64,000 nt of DNA from Clostridia bacterium (GTDB lineage Bacteria > Bacillota > Clostridia > Saccharofermentanales > Saccharofermentanaceae). The notes under the pieces are model-generated. The model was not told where the DNA came from, did not search any database, and was given only the letters and a program-made list of their open reading frames with translations. Position 1 is the first letter of the stretch, and each line of letters opens with the position of its first letter. The position numbers and the translations under genes are program-made. Where the stretch lies: assembly GCA_024699245.1 (NCBI GenBank), contig JAILPW010000047.1:9960-73959 (forward strand). The letters are read 5' to 3'. Positions 48,097-57,256 of this stretch are shown piece by piece.

Positions 48097-48127
48097 AAAA
48101 ACCGCCGCATCAGACGACGGTTTTTTT
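48097..48127 (+). terminator. Intrinsic terminator of the ncRNA candidate
   Basis: AAAAACCGcCG-catcaga-CGaCGGTTTTTTT. Confidence 0.8.
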
Positions 48128-48215
48128 GTTTTTCAAGAAATGTTGTAATTTTGTATTTTTATTTTTATATTTTGTGTTATAAAATAAATGTGTTATTTCA
48201 TTTTGGAGGTCTTTT

Positions 48216-48782
48216 ATGAAGAGGTTCTTTAAATATCTGTTGACCGTGTTCCTTATCACTGTGTTTGCTGTGGCTATGACATTCGGTGTTTGGGCTCTTA
48301 TCAACAGTTTCACTACACATGCTGATCACGATCTTATTTACGGTACTATTACTTCCTCATCAGCTCCAGTTGCTGTTGAAGACAGAGAGAGGGGACTCTT
48401 CAAGGATAGGTACGTTATCAACTTTGTTCAGACTATTACTGTTTCCTTTAACTACAAGGGACAGACATATTCAAGTACAAGAGACTTTAGCGTTTACAAG
48501 GAAAAGTCTGATGTTCCGCTTTCCACTTCTCACGCTACATATAACAATTCTCCTTACAAGAAGGGAGCTGTTATTCAGATCTATGTAAACAAGAATAACC
48601 CGACTATCTATTCACTTGCAGGTGATGCTGATTCGACAACAGTTGATATCAAGACAGTTATTCCATATGCTGCAGTTATCTACGGTGTAGTATTGATCAT
48701 ATTTACGATCTCTTACATCGCCAGAAGCAGGAAAGAGCGTAAGCAGGAATTCCTTGAGAAGTACATGAACAGCAGGTATTGA
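48216..48782 (+). CDS. Hypothetical membrane-anchored protein (TM at both ends)
   Basis: RBS GGAGG; N- and C-terminal hydrophobic segments flanking a beta-rich domain. Confidence 0.85.
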   Translation: MKRFFKYLLTVFLITVFAVAMTFGVWALINSFTTHADHDLIYGTITSSSAPVAVEDRERGLFKDRYVINFVQTITVSFNYKGQTYSSTRDFSVYKEKSDVPLSTSHATYNNSPYKKGAVIQIYVNKNNPTIYSLAGDADSTTVDIKTVIPYAAVIYGVVLIIFTISYIARSRKERKQEFLEKYMNSRY

Positions 48783-48797
48783 TCTTAAACATATAAT

Positions 48798-48830
48798 AAA
48801 AGACCGTGTCACACGACACGGTCTTTTTTT
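48798..48830. terminator. Bidirectional terminator
   Basis: AAAAGACCGTGTC-acac-GACACGGTCTTTT between convergent CDS and tRNA-Ala. Confidence 0.88.
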
Positions 48831-48832
48831 GT

Positions 48833-48908
48833 TGGTGGAGTATACGGGACTTGAACCCGTGACCCCCACACTGCCAGTGTGATGCGCTCCCAACTGCGCT
48901 AATACCCC
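48833..48908 (-). tRNA. tRNA-Ala(GGC)
   Basis: Cloverleaf, anticodon GGC, G3:U70 pair, encoded CCA. Confidence 0.97.
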
Positions 48909-48988
48909 AAGCAGCATGATTATAGCATGCCGTTTAAGGTATTGAAAAGGCATACGAGCGTGTCCGAAAAAGTAATTTGAATATCTTG

Positions 48989-49017
48989 TTGACAAACATG
49001 AAATGTTCTTTTATAAT
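48989..49017 (+). promoter_or_regulatory. sigmaA promoter of the tRNA Val-Asp-Phe operon
   Basis: TTGACA-17 bp-TATAAT. Confidence 0.9.
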
Positions 49018-49059
49018 CTCTTTGCGCTTGAGAGAGCGCCCCAGTAAAAACAATGGCAT

Positions 49060-49135
49060 GGAAGCTTAGCTCAGCTGGGAGAGCATCTGCCTTACAAGCA
49101 GAGGGTCACAGGTTCGAGCCCTGTAGTTTCCACCA
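49060..49135 (+). tRNA. tRNA-Val(TAC)
   Basis: Cloverleaf, anticodon TAC, encoded CCA. Confidence 0.97.
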
Positions 49136-49139
49136 TAAT

Positions 49140-49216
49140 GGCGCAGTAGTTCAGCTGGTTAGAATGCCAGCCTGTCACGCTGGAGGTCGAGGGTTCGAGC
49201 CCCTTCTGCGTCGCCA
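49140..49216 (+). tRNA. tRNA-Asp(GTC)
   Basis: Cloverleaf, anticodon GTC, encoded CCA. Confidence 0.97.
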
Positions 49217-49250
49217 GTTAACCGGTTCCTTCGGGAACCGGTTACTATTC

Positions 49251-49326
49251 GCCCAGATAGCTCAGTCGGTAGAGCAGGGGACTGAAAATCCCCGTGTCGA
49301 TGGTTCGATTCCGTCTCTGGGCACCA
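49251..49326 (+). tRNA. tRNA-Phe(GAA)
   Basis: Cloverleaf, anticodon GAA, encoded CCA. Confidence 0.97.
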
Positions 49327-49362
49327 ATCCCGATCATGAAAGTGATCGGGATTCTTTTTTTT
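49326..49362 (+). terminator. Terminator of the tRNA operon
   Basis: AATCCCGATCA-tgaaag-TGATCGGGATT-CTTTTTTTT. Confidence 0.88.
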
Positions 49363-49497
49363 GCAAAAATAATGCGAGATAGAAAACAGAAAAATGCACT
49401 ATTTCTGCAATTGCCCGTCTATCTTTTTTGCGCACGTTGTAATATATTATTTATCGTTCGCATTAATTTATTTATTTTGAAGGAATGGTAGATAACA

Positions 49498-52257
49498 ATG
49501 GAAAAGGCTTTTTCGAAGAAGTCAGAAGAAATCGTAAGTGAATTAGGCACAGACCTGGAACAGGGTCTAAGTGCCGCTAAGGCCGAAGAGATCCTTTCTA
49601 AAGTAGGCCCGAACAGTTTAGGTGAGGCAAAGAAGACTCCGCTTTGGAAGCGCTTCCTCGGGCAGTTCGCAGATGCTATGGTATTTATCCTTTTGGGCGC
49701 TGCGGCTCTGTCAGCCGTAATGGCAGTCAGGGAAGGCGGCGGATTTAAGAGCTGGATCGATGTGATCGTAATCCTTGCTATCGTTGTTCTTAACGCCGTT
49801 CTTGGTGTTTATCAGGAAGGTAAGGCTGACGAGGCTATCGCTGCCCTTAAGAAAATGAGCGCTCCGCAGACAAAGGTTATAAGAGACGGTAAGGTCGTTA
49901 TGATCGATTCCGACAGAGTCGTTCCGGGTGACATCGTTAATCTGGACGCAGGTGACTCCGTCTCTGCAGATATGAGACTGTTCTATGCAGGCTCTTTGAA
50001 GATCGATGAGGCTTCTCTTACAGGTGAGTCAGTTCCGGTCGAGAAAAACGCTGAGGCGGTTCTTGCCGAGGATTGTTCCATCGGTGACCGTTCCAATATG
50101 GCTTACATGGGTACTGCTGTAACATACGGCCGTGGTAAGGGTATCGTTGTTGCTACCGGTAAGGATACTGAGCTTGGTAAGATCGCTAATAAGCTTTCCA
50201 ATATCGAAGATGAGATCACACCTTTGCAGAGAAACTTGAATTCTCTCGGTAAGGTTCTCGCTATAGTCTGTATCATCGTTTGCGTCATCGTATTTGTCGT
50301 TGACCTTGTTGTTCAGAAGCAGAGCTGGGACAATGCATTGATGACAGCTGTTTCTTTGGCTGTTGCTGCTATCCCTGAAGGACTTTCAGCAGTAGTTACG
50401 ATCGTTCTTGCTCTCGGCATGACAAAGATGGCTACCAAGAATGCAGTTGTAAGAAAACTTCTTGCTGTTGAGACACTCGGCTGCGTAGATGTTATCTGCT
50501 CTGATAAGACAGGTACTCTTACACAGAACCAGATGACAGTTAAAAAGCTCTTTGACGGTAAGGATATCTACGATGTAACAGGTAACGGCTACGGCCCTGA
50601 AGGTAAGATCCTTGATCCTGACGGAGTTGAGACTCCTTTGAATGATATCCTAAAAAGACTTGTTCAGGCAGCTGTTCTTTGTAACGATGCTTCGATCAAC
50701 GTAAGCTCTGACGGAAAATATACATGTATCGGTGACCCTACAGAAGGTTCCCTTACAACGCTCGGTCTTAAGACTTCAATGGCAAGTGCAGACCTTAATC
50801 AGAAGTTCCCTAGAAAGAACGAGCTCCCTTTCGACTCTGACCGTAAGATGATGACAACATATCACAGCGGCATTGTTGAAGGTAAGTTCATCTCCTTTAC
50901 AAAGGGTGCGCCTGACGTTGTCCTTTCAAGATGTACAAAATACTTTGACGGTACTGACGAAAAGGAGATGACTCCTGAAGTCTTCAAGCGTATTGAAAAA
51001 GTTAACCACGACTTCGCTACTAAGGCTATCCGTGTTCTGGCTTTCGGTTACAGAACACACGATAATGTCGATCATGAGGATTTCGAGCATGAGACAAACA
51101 TGGTATTCATCGGTCTCATCGGTATGATCGATCCTGCAAGAGAAGAAGCTAAGGATGCTATCAAGGTCTGCCATGAGGCAGGTATCCGTGCAGTAATGAT
51201 CACCGGTGACTACAAAGATACTGCTGTTGCCATCGCTGAAGATCTCAACATGATGGGTGAAGGCATCAACGCCATGAGCGGTACGGAACTTGATCAGACA
51301 TCTGATGAGCAGCTTTTGGAACTTTGCGAATATACAAACGTTTATGCACGTGTTTCACCTGAGCATAAGGTTAGGATCGTTGAGAGCCTCAAGAAAAAGG
51401 ATCACATCGCTTCCATGACAGGTGACGGTGTTAACGATGCCATGGCTCTTAAGACAGCGGATATCGGTGTTGCAATGGGTATCACTGGTACTGATGTTGC
51501 CAAGAACTCCGCTGACATGATCTTGATGGATGATAACTTCGCTACTATCGTAAGCGCAGTCGAGGAAGGCCGTGTAATCTACAGCAACATTAGAAAATTT
51601 GTAGCTTTTCTTCTTTCCTGTAACGTCGGTGAGATCCTCGTTATCTTCCTTATCTCACTTATCCCGAATTCCGTTGTTCCGGGTATCGCTGCTCCTTTGA
51701 CAGCTATTCAGCTCCTGTGGCTCAACCTTATCACAGACAGTTTCCCGGCATTGGCTCTCGGCCGTGAGAAGGGCGAACCTAACATCATGAAGGTTCCTCC
51801 GCGTTCAAAGGACGAGCCTATCATCAATAAGCCTATGAAGATCACCATCGCTTGTCAGGCTATCGCGATCTTCGTAACGGTTGCTACTGCATTTATCACA
51901 GCGCTCCTTACAAAGGGCGGAATCTTCTTCGATGCTTCAGGTGAAGCAGAGATCTTGAAGGGTGCAAGAACAGTTGCTTTCGCTACATTGATCCTCGCTG
52001 AGCTCTTCAGGGCTTTCGCTGCAAGATCCGAATCTGTCTCGGTATTTAAGATCGGTCTTTTCAGCAACAAGTTCATGAACATCTCGGTGCTTCTCGCGAT
52101 CGTGCTCTTGTTTGCAGTTATTTACATCCCTGGCGTAAACATGATCTTCGGATGCACAATGCTCAACCCTCTGGCTTGGCTCGTGATCGTTCCGCTCGCT
52201 TTTATCCCGTTCGCTGCAAGCGAGATCATGAAGTTGATCAAAAACAAGAAAAAATGA
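49498..52257 (+). CDS. Cation-translocating P-type ATPase (type II, Ca2+-ATPase-like)
   Basis: TGES, IPEGL, CSDKTGTLT, KGAPD, MITGD, TGDGVND, LWLNLITD. Confidence 0.96.
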   Translation: MEKAFSKKSEEIVSELGTDLEQGLSAAKAEEILSKVGPNSLGEAKKTPLWKRFLGQFADAMVFILLGAAALSAVMAVREGGGFKSWIDVIVILAIVVLNAVLGVYQEGKADEAIAALKKMSAPQTKVIRDGKVVMIDSDRVVPGDIVNLDAGDSVSADMRLFYAGSLKIDEASLTGESVPVEKNAEAVLAEDCSIGDRSNMAYMGTAVTYGRGKGIVVATGKDTELGKIANKLSNIEDEITPLQRNLNSLGKVLAIVCIIVCVIVFVVDLVVQKQSWDNALMTAVSLAVAAIPEGLSAVVTIVLALGMTKMATKNAVVRKLLAVETLGCVDVICSDKTGTLTQNQMTVKKLFDGKDIYDVTGNGYGPEGKILDPDGVETPLNDILKRLVQAAVLCNDASINVSSDGKYTCIGDPTEGSLTTLGLKTSMASADLNQKFPRKNELPFDSDRKMMTTYHSGIVEGKFISFTKGAPDVVLSRCTKYFDGTDEKEMTPEVFKRIEKVNHDFATKAIRVLAFGYRTHDNVDHEDFEHETNMVFIGLIGMIDPAREEAKDAIKVCHEAGIRAVMITGDYKDTAVAIAEDLNMMGEGINAMSGTELDQTSDEQLLELCEYTNVYARVSPEHKVRIVESLKKKDHIASMTGDGVNDAMALKTADIGVAMGITGTDVAKNSADMILMDDNFATIVSAVEEGRVIYSNIRKFVAFLLSCNVGEILVIFLISLIPNSVVPGIAAPLTAIQLLWLNLITDSFPALALGREKGEPNIMKVPPRSKDEPIINKPMKITIACQAIAIFVTVATAFITALLTKGGIFFDASGEAEILKGARTVAFATLILAELFRAFAARSESVSVFKIGLFSNKFMNISVLLAIVLLFAVIYIPGVNMIFGCTMLNPLAWLVIVPLAFIPFAASEIMKLIKNKKK

Positions 52258-52325
52258 TTTGCAACACAAAAACACATGTGTTATTATCTATTGGCTAATA
52301 AGAAGTAATATGGAGGCAAGCATAA

Positions 52326-52577
52326 ATGAGCGTTTTGGCTATCGTGCTTACGTGTCTGGATCTAGTATTTGCAGTTGCTCTTATCATTCTCTTCCTCGCG
52401 CAGGAAGGTAACGATAACGGTATGGGTGTTGTAGGCGGAGGAAGCTCCGATTCTTTCTACAACAAGCAGAAGGGCAGAACACTCGAAGAGAAACTCAAGA
52501 GATTTACTCTCTACTGTGTTTTGGGATTCTCTGTATGTTCAGTGCTTATCTACCTCTGCATTTCCCGCGGTTGGTAA
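52326..52577 (+). CDS. secG: Preprotein translocase subunit SecG
   Basis: Two TM segments with a Gly-rich loop; precedes rnr. Confidence 0.9.
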   Translation: MSVLAIVLTCLDLVFAVALIILFLAQEGNDNGMGVVGGGSSDSFYNKQKGRTLEEKLKRFTLYCVLGFSVCSVLIYLCISRGW

Positions 52578-52603
52578 ATCAAAACAGGTCAAGAAACTTA
52601 TTG

Positions 52604-52635
52604 CTGCTCTGTCTTATAGGCAGAGCAGTTTTTTT
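52604..52635 (+). terminator. Intrinsic terminator after secG
   Basis: CTGCTCTGTC-ttata-GGCAGAGCAG-TTTTTTT. Confidence 0.82.
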
Positions 52636-52700
52636 ATGCATTTTCGAAAACGATAGGAAAGAAGTATATAATAATAGAAAAGAGGTCGAGGTAGTTATCT

Positions 52701-54674
52701 ATGGCAAATAAAAAGCATTTCAGCAGAACGGCGGCAGCCATGAGCTTAAGGCAGAGGCAGCGTAACGCCGTCATGAAACCTATGGAAGATGACAGACCGA
52801 AGAATTTCTCGGAACTTCAGCCGAGGGGACCTCTGGGCGTCAAGAATACCGTTGTAGGTATCCTTAAGGAAAACGGCGACGGCGGTATCGTAGTGCCGGA
52901 TCCGTCATTTAGAGAGACAAATTTCGGAATGGTCTATATCGACAGGGCCAACATGAACGGCGCGCCGTACAACATGACGGTGGTTGCCGAAGTCTTAAAC
53001 CCGAGCTCGGGAACGGCTTTCCACGGCAAGATAATCGAAGTTCTGGGAGATGCGGGAAATAATGATGTCCGCATGCTCGCTGTCATGCATCAGTTCGGCT
53101 TAAGCGGAACCTTCCCGGATTTTGTTCAAGATGAGGTCAAGGACCTTCCGTTCAGCCCGACAGACGAAGAAGTTGAAAATGAGATCAAAGCAGGAAGAAA
53201 GGATCTTAGAGACCTTCTGACGATAACCATAGACGGCGAAGAGGCTAAGGACTTAGATGATGCAATCTCTATCGAGCCGATGGACGATGACAAATACAGG
53301 CTCTACGTTCATATCGCTGATGTTTCCCACTATGTACGTGAGAATACGGAACTTGATAAGGAAGCAATGCTCAGAGGAACTTCCGTTTACCTGGTAGACA
53401 GGGTTATCCCGATGCTGCCGCCTAAACTGTCGAACGGCTTATGCTCTCTTAATCCTAACCTTCCGAGACTTACGCTGACGGCTGAGATGGTCGTAGACAG
53501 CGAAGGCAACACTTTGTACGGTGAAGTCTACGAGAGCGTTATAAAGAGCGATATGCGAATGAACTATAACGAGTGTTTCAAGATCCTCTTCAGACCTGAA
53601 AAGGAAGATGCTGAAAAATACGGAGATATCATCCAGATGCTCTGGCATATGAAGCGCCTTACCGATATCCTCAAAGGCTACAGAGACGACAGGGGAGCCA
53701 TCAACTTCGAGATACCTGAGACGAAGGTTATCCTTGATGATGAGGGTAATCCTACGGATATCATGCCTTATCCGACGAACTATTGTCACGGCATGATCGA
53801 GGAGTTCATGATCTGCGCCAACGAGTTTATCGCAAAGAAGTTCGCGATGCTCAATTATCCTTTTGTCTACCGTATCCATGAAGAGCCTGACAGGATGAAG
53901 ATCACGAGGTTTTGCACTGTAGCCAGAAACTTCGGTGCGCTCGGAACCATAAGAGGCAAGATCACGCCTAAGACCATTAACGATTATATGGCCAGCATAA
54001 GAGACGAGAATGCTATCCCGTCGCTCAATACTATCCTTCTGAGGTCCATGGCGAAGGCGAGATATGCGCCTGAGAATATGGGACATTTTGGCCTCGCGTC
54101 AGAGTTTTATTGCCACTTCACAAGTCCTATCAGAAGATATCCTGATCTTTATATCCACAGGATCATCAAATCATATCTTCACGGAAGCGATAAGCGTAAG
54201 CATTTCGCGGGACTTGTGGGAGGCGTTGCAGACCATAGTTCAGATATGGAGAGAAACTCCGTTGAGGCAGAAAGACAGTCCGTTCAGATCAAAGTTGCGA
54301 TGTATATGCACGAGAGGCTCGGGCAGCACTATGTCGGTAAGATCTCATCCATCATAGGTGCTGGAGTTTTCGTTGAACTTCCGAATTCCTGTGAGGGTTT
54401 TGTGCCGTTCAGGAGCATGAAGGATCATTATCTCTTTGATGAGATGTCCTTAAGGGCTGTCGGAAGACATTCCGGAAATAAGCTCCTCATCGGTCAGGAA
54501 GTTGGTATTATCGTGGCTGCGGTGGATCTTGATACCAACAAGATCGATTTCGTTTTCGATGAGAACGTGGAAAAAGGCGGAAATAAAAAAGCCGACTCGA
54601 ATGAGCCGGCGCCTAAAGGCAAAAAGAGCAAGCGCGGAAGAAAGCTCCGCGGAAGGCCTTCAAAGAGAAGATAA
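52701..54674 (+). CDS. rnr: Ribonuclease R
   Basis: IDGEEAKDLDDAIS, VHIADVS, RGTSVY, HFTSPIRRYPD, S1 domain, basic tail. Confidence 0.95.
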   Translation: MANKKHFSRTAAAMSLRQRQRNAVMKPMEDDRPKNFSELQPRGPLGVKNTVVGILKENGDGGIVVPDPSFRETNFGMVYIDRANMNGAPYNMTVVAEVLNPSSGTAFHGKIIEVLGDAGNNDVRMLAVMHQFGLSGTFPDFVQDEVKDLPFSPTDEEVENEIKAGRKDLRDLLTITIDGEEAKDLDDAISIEPMDDDKYRLYVHIADVSHYVRENTELDKEAMLRGTSVYLVDRVIPMLPPKLSNGLCSLNPNLPRLTLTAEMVVDSEGNTLYGEVYESVIKSDMRMNYNECFKILFRPEKEDAEKYGDIIQMLWHMKRLTDILKGYRDDRGAINFEIPETKVILDDEGNPTDIMPYPTNYCHGMIEEFMICANEFIAKKFAMLNYPFVYRIHEEPDRMKITRFCTVARNFGALGTIRGKITPKTINDYMASIRDENAIPSLNTILLRSMAKARYAPENMGHFGLASEFYCHFTSPIRRYPDLYIHRIIKSYLHGSDKRKHFAGLVGGVADHSSDMERNSVEAERQSVQIKVAMYMHERLGQHYVGKISSIIGAGVFVELPNSCEGFVPFRSMKDHYLFDEMSLRAVGRHSGNKLLIGQEVGIIVAAVDLDTNKIDFVFDENVEKGGNKKADSNEPAPKGKKSKRGRKLRGRPSKRR

Positions 54675-54675
54675 G

Positions 54676-54906
54676 TTACTCAACGATGAACTTCTGAAGT
54701 TTCTCAATGAAGTCGTCGCAGTTGTCGGAGAAGATCTCGAGTTCGATCGGTTTTGCGAGATCGAGACTGAAGATACCCATAAGGCTCTTTGCATCAACAA
54801 CATAGCGGCCTGAAACGAGGTCGATGTCGTATGGGCAAAGGTTTGTGAGTGATACGAATTCCTTAACTGCGTTAATTGTATCGAGTTTGATCTTAAGCTT
54901 TGTCAT
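54676..54906 (-). CDS. HPr-like protein lacking His15
   Basis: VDAKSLMGI (Ser46 motif); no His anywhere in the 76-aa protein; start re-assigned to ATG 54906. Confidence 0.85.
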   Translation of the reverse strand: MTKLKIKLDTINAVKEFVSLTNLCPYDIDLVSGRYVVDAKSLMGIFSLDLAKPIELEIFSDNCDDFIEKLQKFIVE

Positions 54907-55028
54907 ATATGCATTTCTCCTTGATTCATGACTTGATGATAACACAATTGAAACTCTAATTGACAAAAGATTTTCTGCTGTATTAGTATAATTTTTGTTC
55001 GATTTTCATAGAAAGGTCAGGTTATTCC

Positions 55029-56345
55029 GTGAAGGTATATTTTTATACATTGGGATGCAGGGTAAATCAGTATGAGACTGATGCCGTCAGGCAAGTATTC
55101 ATCAAGGATGGCTATGATATCGTCGACTCTCCGGAGCTTGCTGATGTATGCGTCGTCAATACCTGCACGGTTACGGGAGAAGCTGACAGGAAGAGCCGCC
55201 AGCAGCTTAGGAAGATGGCAAGGATCAATCCTGACGCCATAATCTGTGCCATGGGCTGCAGTACCGAGATGAACGAGGACTTCGTTGATGCAGATGTTGT
55301 TTGCGGTACCAGGGATAAGCACCTGATCTGTGAGAAGATCAAGGAATTTATCGAATCGAACAAAGTCAAGGAACATAAAGGGAAACTAACTGAGAAGACT
55401 TCTCTTAATGAGGGCTTTGCTGATTTCGGAACAGTTCTGTCACCTGAGATGAGCAGAGCATATATCAAGGTAGAAGACGGCTGCAACAGCTTCTGCACCT
55501 ACTGCATTATCCCTTATGCCAGAGGAAGAGTAGTAAGCAGAAGTGAGGAAAGCGTTCTCGAGGAAGTTTCTAACGTCGCATCTAAGGGCATCAGGGAAGT
55601 CTGCATAACGGGGATCCACCTTTGCTCCTACGGTAAGGACAGGGGAGAGGATATAATGTCTCTTTATTCCCTCATCCATAAAGTCGGATTGATCGACGGC
55701 GTTGACAGGATATCCCTGGGTTCGTTAGAGCCGAAGTCGCTGACTGATGAGTTTATCATGGCGCTCTCGACCGAGAAGAAGCTTTGCAAGCATTTTCATC
55801 TGTCACTTCAAAGCGGCTCGGACACGGTCCTTAAGCGCATGAACAGGCACTATAACACTGATGAGTATTACGAGATCACCCGTAAGCTTCGCGAGGCTTT
55901 TCCTGATATGTCGCTAACAACGGATATTATCTGCGGATTTCCTCAGGAGACAGACGAGGAATTCAAGGAGACCCTCGAATTTGTCAAGAAAGTCGGTCTT
56001 AACAAGGTCCACGTTTTCCCATATTCCGTTCGAAAAGGAACGAAGGCTGCAAGCATGCCTCAGGTACCGGCTGATATTGCCAAGGAAAGAACAAGAAAAC
56101 TCATCGCTCTTTCTGACGAGCGCGAAAAAGAGTTTTCGAGGTCATTTATCGGCAAGGATGTTGATGTCATGATCGAGAAAGTCGACTTGGTTAAGGGTGT
56201 TTTCGAGCTGAAGGGATATACGGGAGAGTATGTTTATGCCGTTATTAGAAAGGCTGAGATCGAAAAGGATCCGAAGGACTATATCGGAAGCGTCATAAGC
56301 GGTCGGGGAACGGGCGTTGAAGGCACTGTTTTAACTGTTTCGTAG
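55029..56345 (+). CDS. mtaB: tRNA t6A37 methylthiotransferase
   Basis: TLGCRVNQYE, NTCTVT, EDGCNSFCTYCIIP, FPYSVRKGT, TRAM; GTG start. Confidence 0.93.
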   Translation: MKVYFYTLGCRVNQYETDAVRQVFIKDGYDIVDSPELADVCVVNTCTVTGEADRKSRQQLRKMARINPDAIICAMGCSTEMNEDFVDADVVCGTRDKHLICEKIKEFIESNKVKEHKGKLTEKTSLNEGFADFGTVLSPEMSRAYIKVEDGCNSFCTYCIIPYARGRVVSRSEESVLEEVSNVASKGIREVCITGIHLCSYGKDRGEDIMSLYSLIHKVGLIDGVDRISLGSLEPKSLTDEFIMALSTEKKLCKHFHLSLQSGSDTVLKRMNRHYNTDEYYEITRKLREAFPDMSLTTDIICGFPQETDEEFKETLEFVKKVGLNKVHVFPYSVRKGTKAASMPQVPADIAKERTRKLIALSDEREKEFSRSFIGKDVDVMIEKVDLVKGVFELKGYTGEYVYAVIRKAEIEKDPKDYIGSVISGRGTGVEGTVLTVS

Positions 56346-56439
56346 ATGGCGGCAGATATTTGTCGAAAAATCAAAAAAAATTGCATTTAAATGTAATTAA
56401 TGTGTTACAATGGATTAAAGGGAAAGTACGGAGGGATCT

Positions 56440-56694
56440 ATGGCTAATTCTGAGACCACAAGGTTTAATTTTTCGGCTGATAAATCAGCTAATGTCAGAG
56501 AGCTCATGACATATGTTTTGGGTGCTCTTCAGGAGAAGGGATATAACCCGATCAATCAGTTGGTCGGATACTTTATCTCGGGAGATCCTACGTACATCAC
56601 AAACTACAAGGGTGCACGCGGAGTAATCAAGAGGATCGAGAGAGACGAGCTGCTGGAAGTGATCATCACAGAGTACTGTTCCAAGCTCAACTGA
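56440..56694 (+). CDS. IreB family (UPF0297) protein
   Basis: ALQEKGYNPINQLVGYFISGDPTYIT...AR..I..IERDELLE. Confidence 0.94.
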   Translation: MANSETTRFNFSADKSANVRELMTYVLGALQEKGYNPINQLVGYFISGDPTYITNYKGARGVIKRIERDELLEVIITEYCSKLN

Positions 56695-56764
56695 TATTGA
56701 TAGTAAGTACGGACCGGTGCGAACGCATCGGTTCTTTTTTTCGAGAAGAAAACGGAGGAAATTA

Positions 56765-57190
56765 ATGGATCAAGGACGAGTAATGGGTATCGACTTCGGC
56801 ATGAGGCACATCGGTGTCGCACTGTCTGATGTGCTGAGGATAACGGCCACGGGATATGAGACGGTGAATTGGAACGGCAAGGATGTGGATAAGCCTGTCG
56901 CGAGGATCAAGGAGATCGTTGATACCATGGGTGTCACCGAGATAGTTCTCGGAAAGCCTTCCAAGACGGACGGGACCAAGAGCGAATCGGAGATGAAGGC
57001 GGAAGCTTTTGGTGCTCTCGTGGAGGAACTTACGGGCATTAAGCCGGCGTTTAAGGATGAGCGTTACACCACGGTCATAGCCTCAAGAATGCTCCACGAT
57101 AACAACATGAATTCCAAAAAACAGAAGAAGATCATAGATCAAGTGGCTGCGGAGATAATACTTCGTGAATATCTTGAGAGCAAAAGATAA
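56765..57190 (+). CDS. ruvX: YqgF/RuvX family nuclease
   Basis: GIDFG...IGVALSD, DERYTT, DQVAA..IL..YL; start ATG 56765 behind GGAGG. Confidence 0.93.
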   Translation: MDQGRVMGIDFGMRHIGVALSDVLRITATGYETVNWNGKDVDKPVARIKEIVDTMGVTEIVLGKPSKTDGTKSESEMKAEAFGALVEELTGIKPAFKDERYTTVIASRMLHDNNMNSKKQKKIIDQVAAEIILREYLESKR

Positions 57191-57256
57191 GAAAGTCGCC
57201 TATATTATGTTATAATTATTTAGTTAATGACCCTATACAAACGGAGGTAATAAATC

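Noticed and set aside
47512-48182. Short ORFs 47512-47778 and 47934-48182
   Set aside because: No RBS or protein-like motifs; they cross the promoter or terminator of the RNA candidate
48833-49326. tRNA cluster as an integration site of a prophage or island
   Set aside because: No integrase and no duplicated tRNA 3' end (att repeat) seen in the window
49363-49497. Possible metal-sensing (yybP-ykoY or M-box) riboswitch before the P-type ATPase
   Set aside because: Short AT-rich region without the required helices or a terminator
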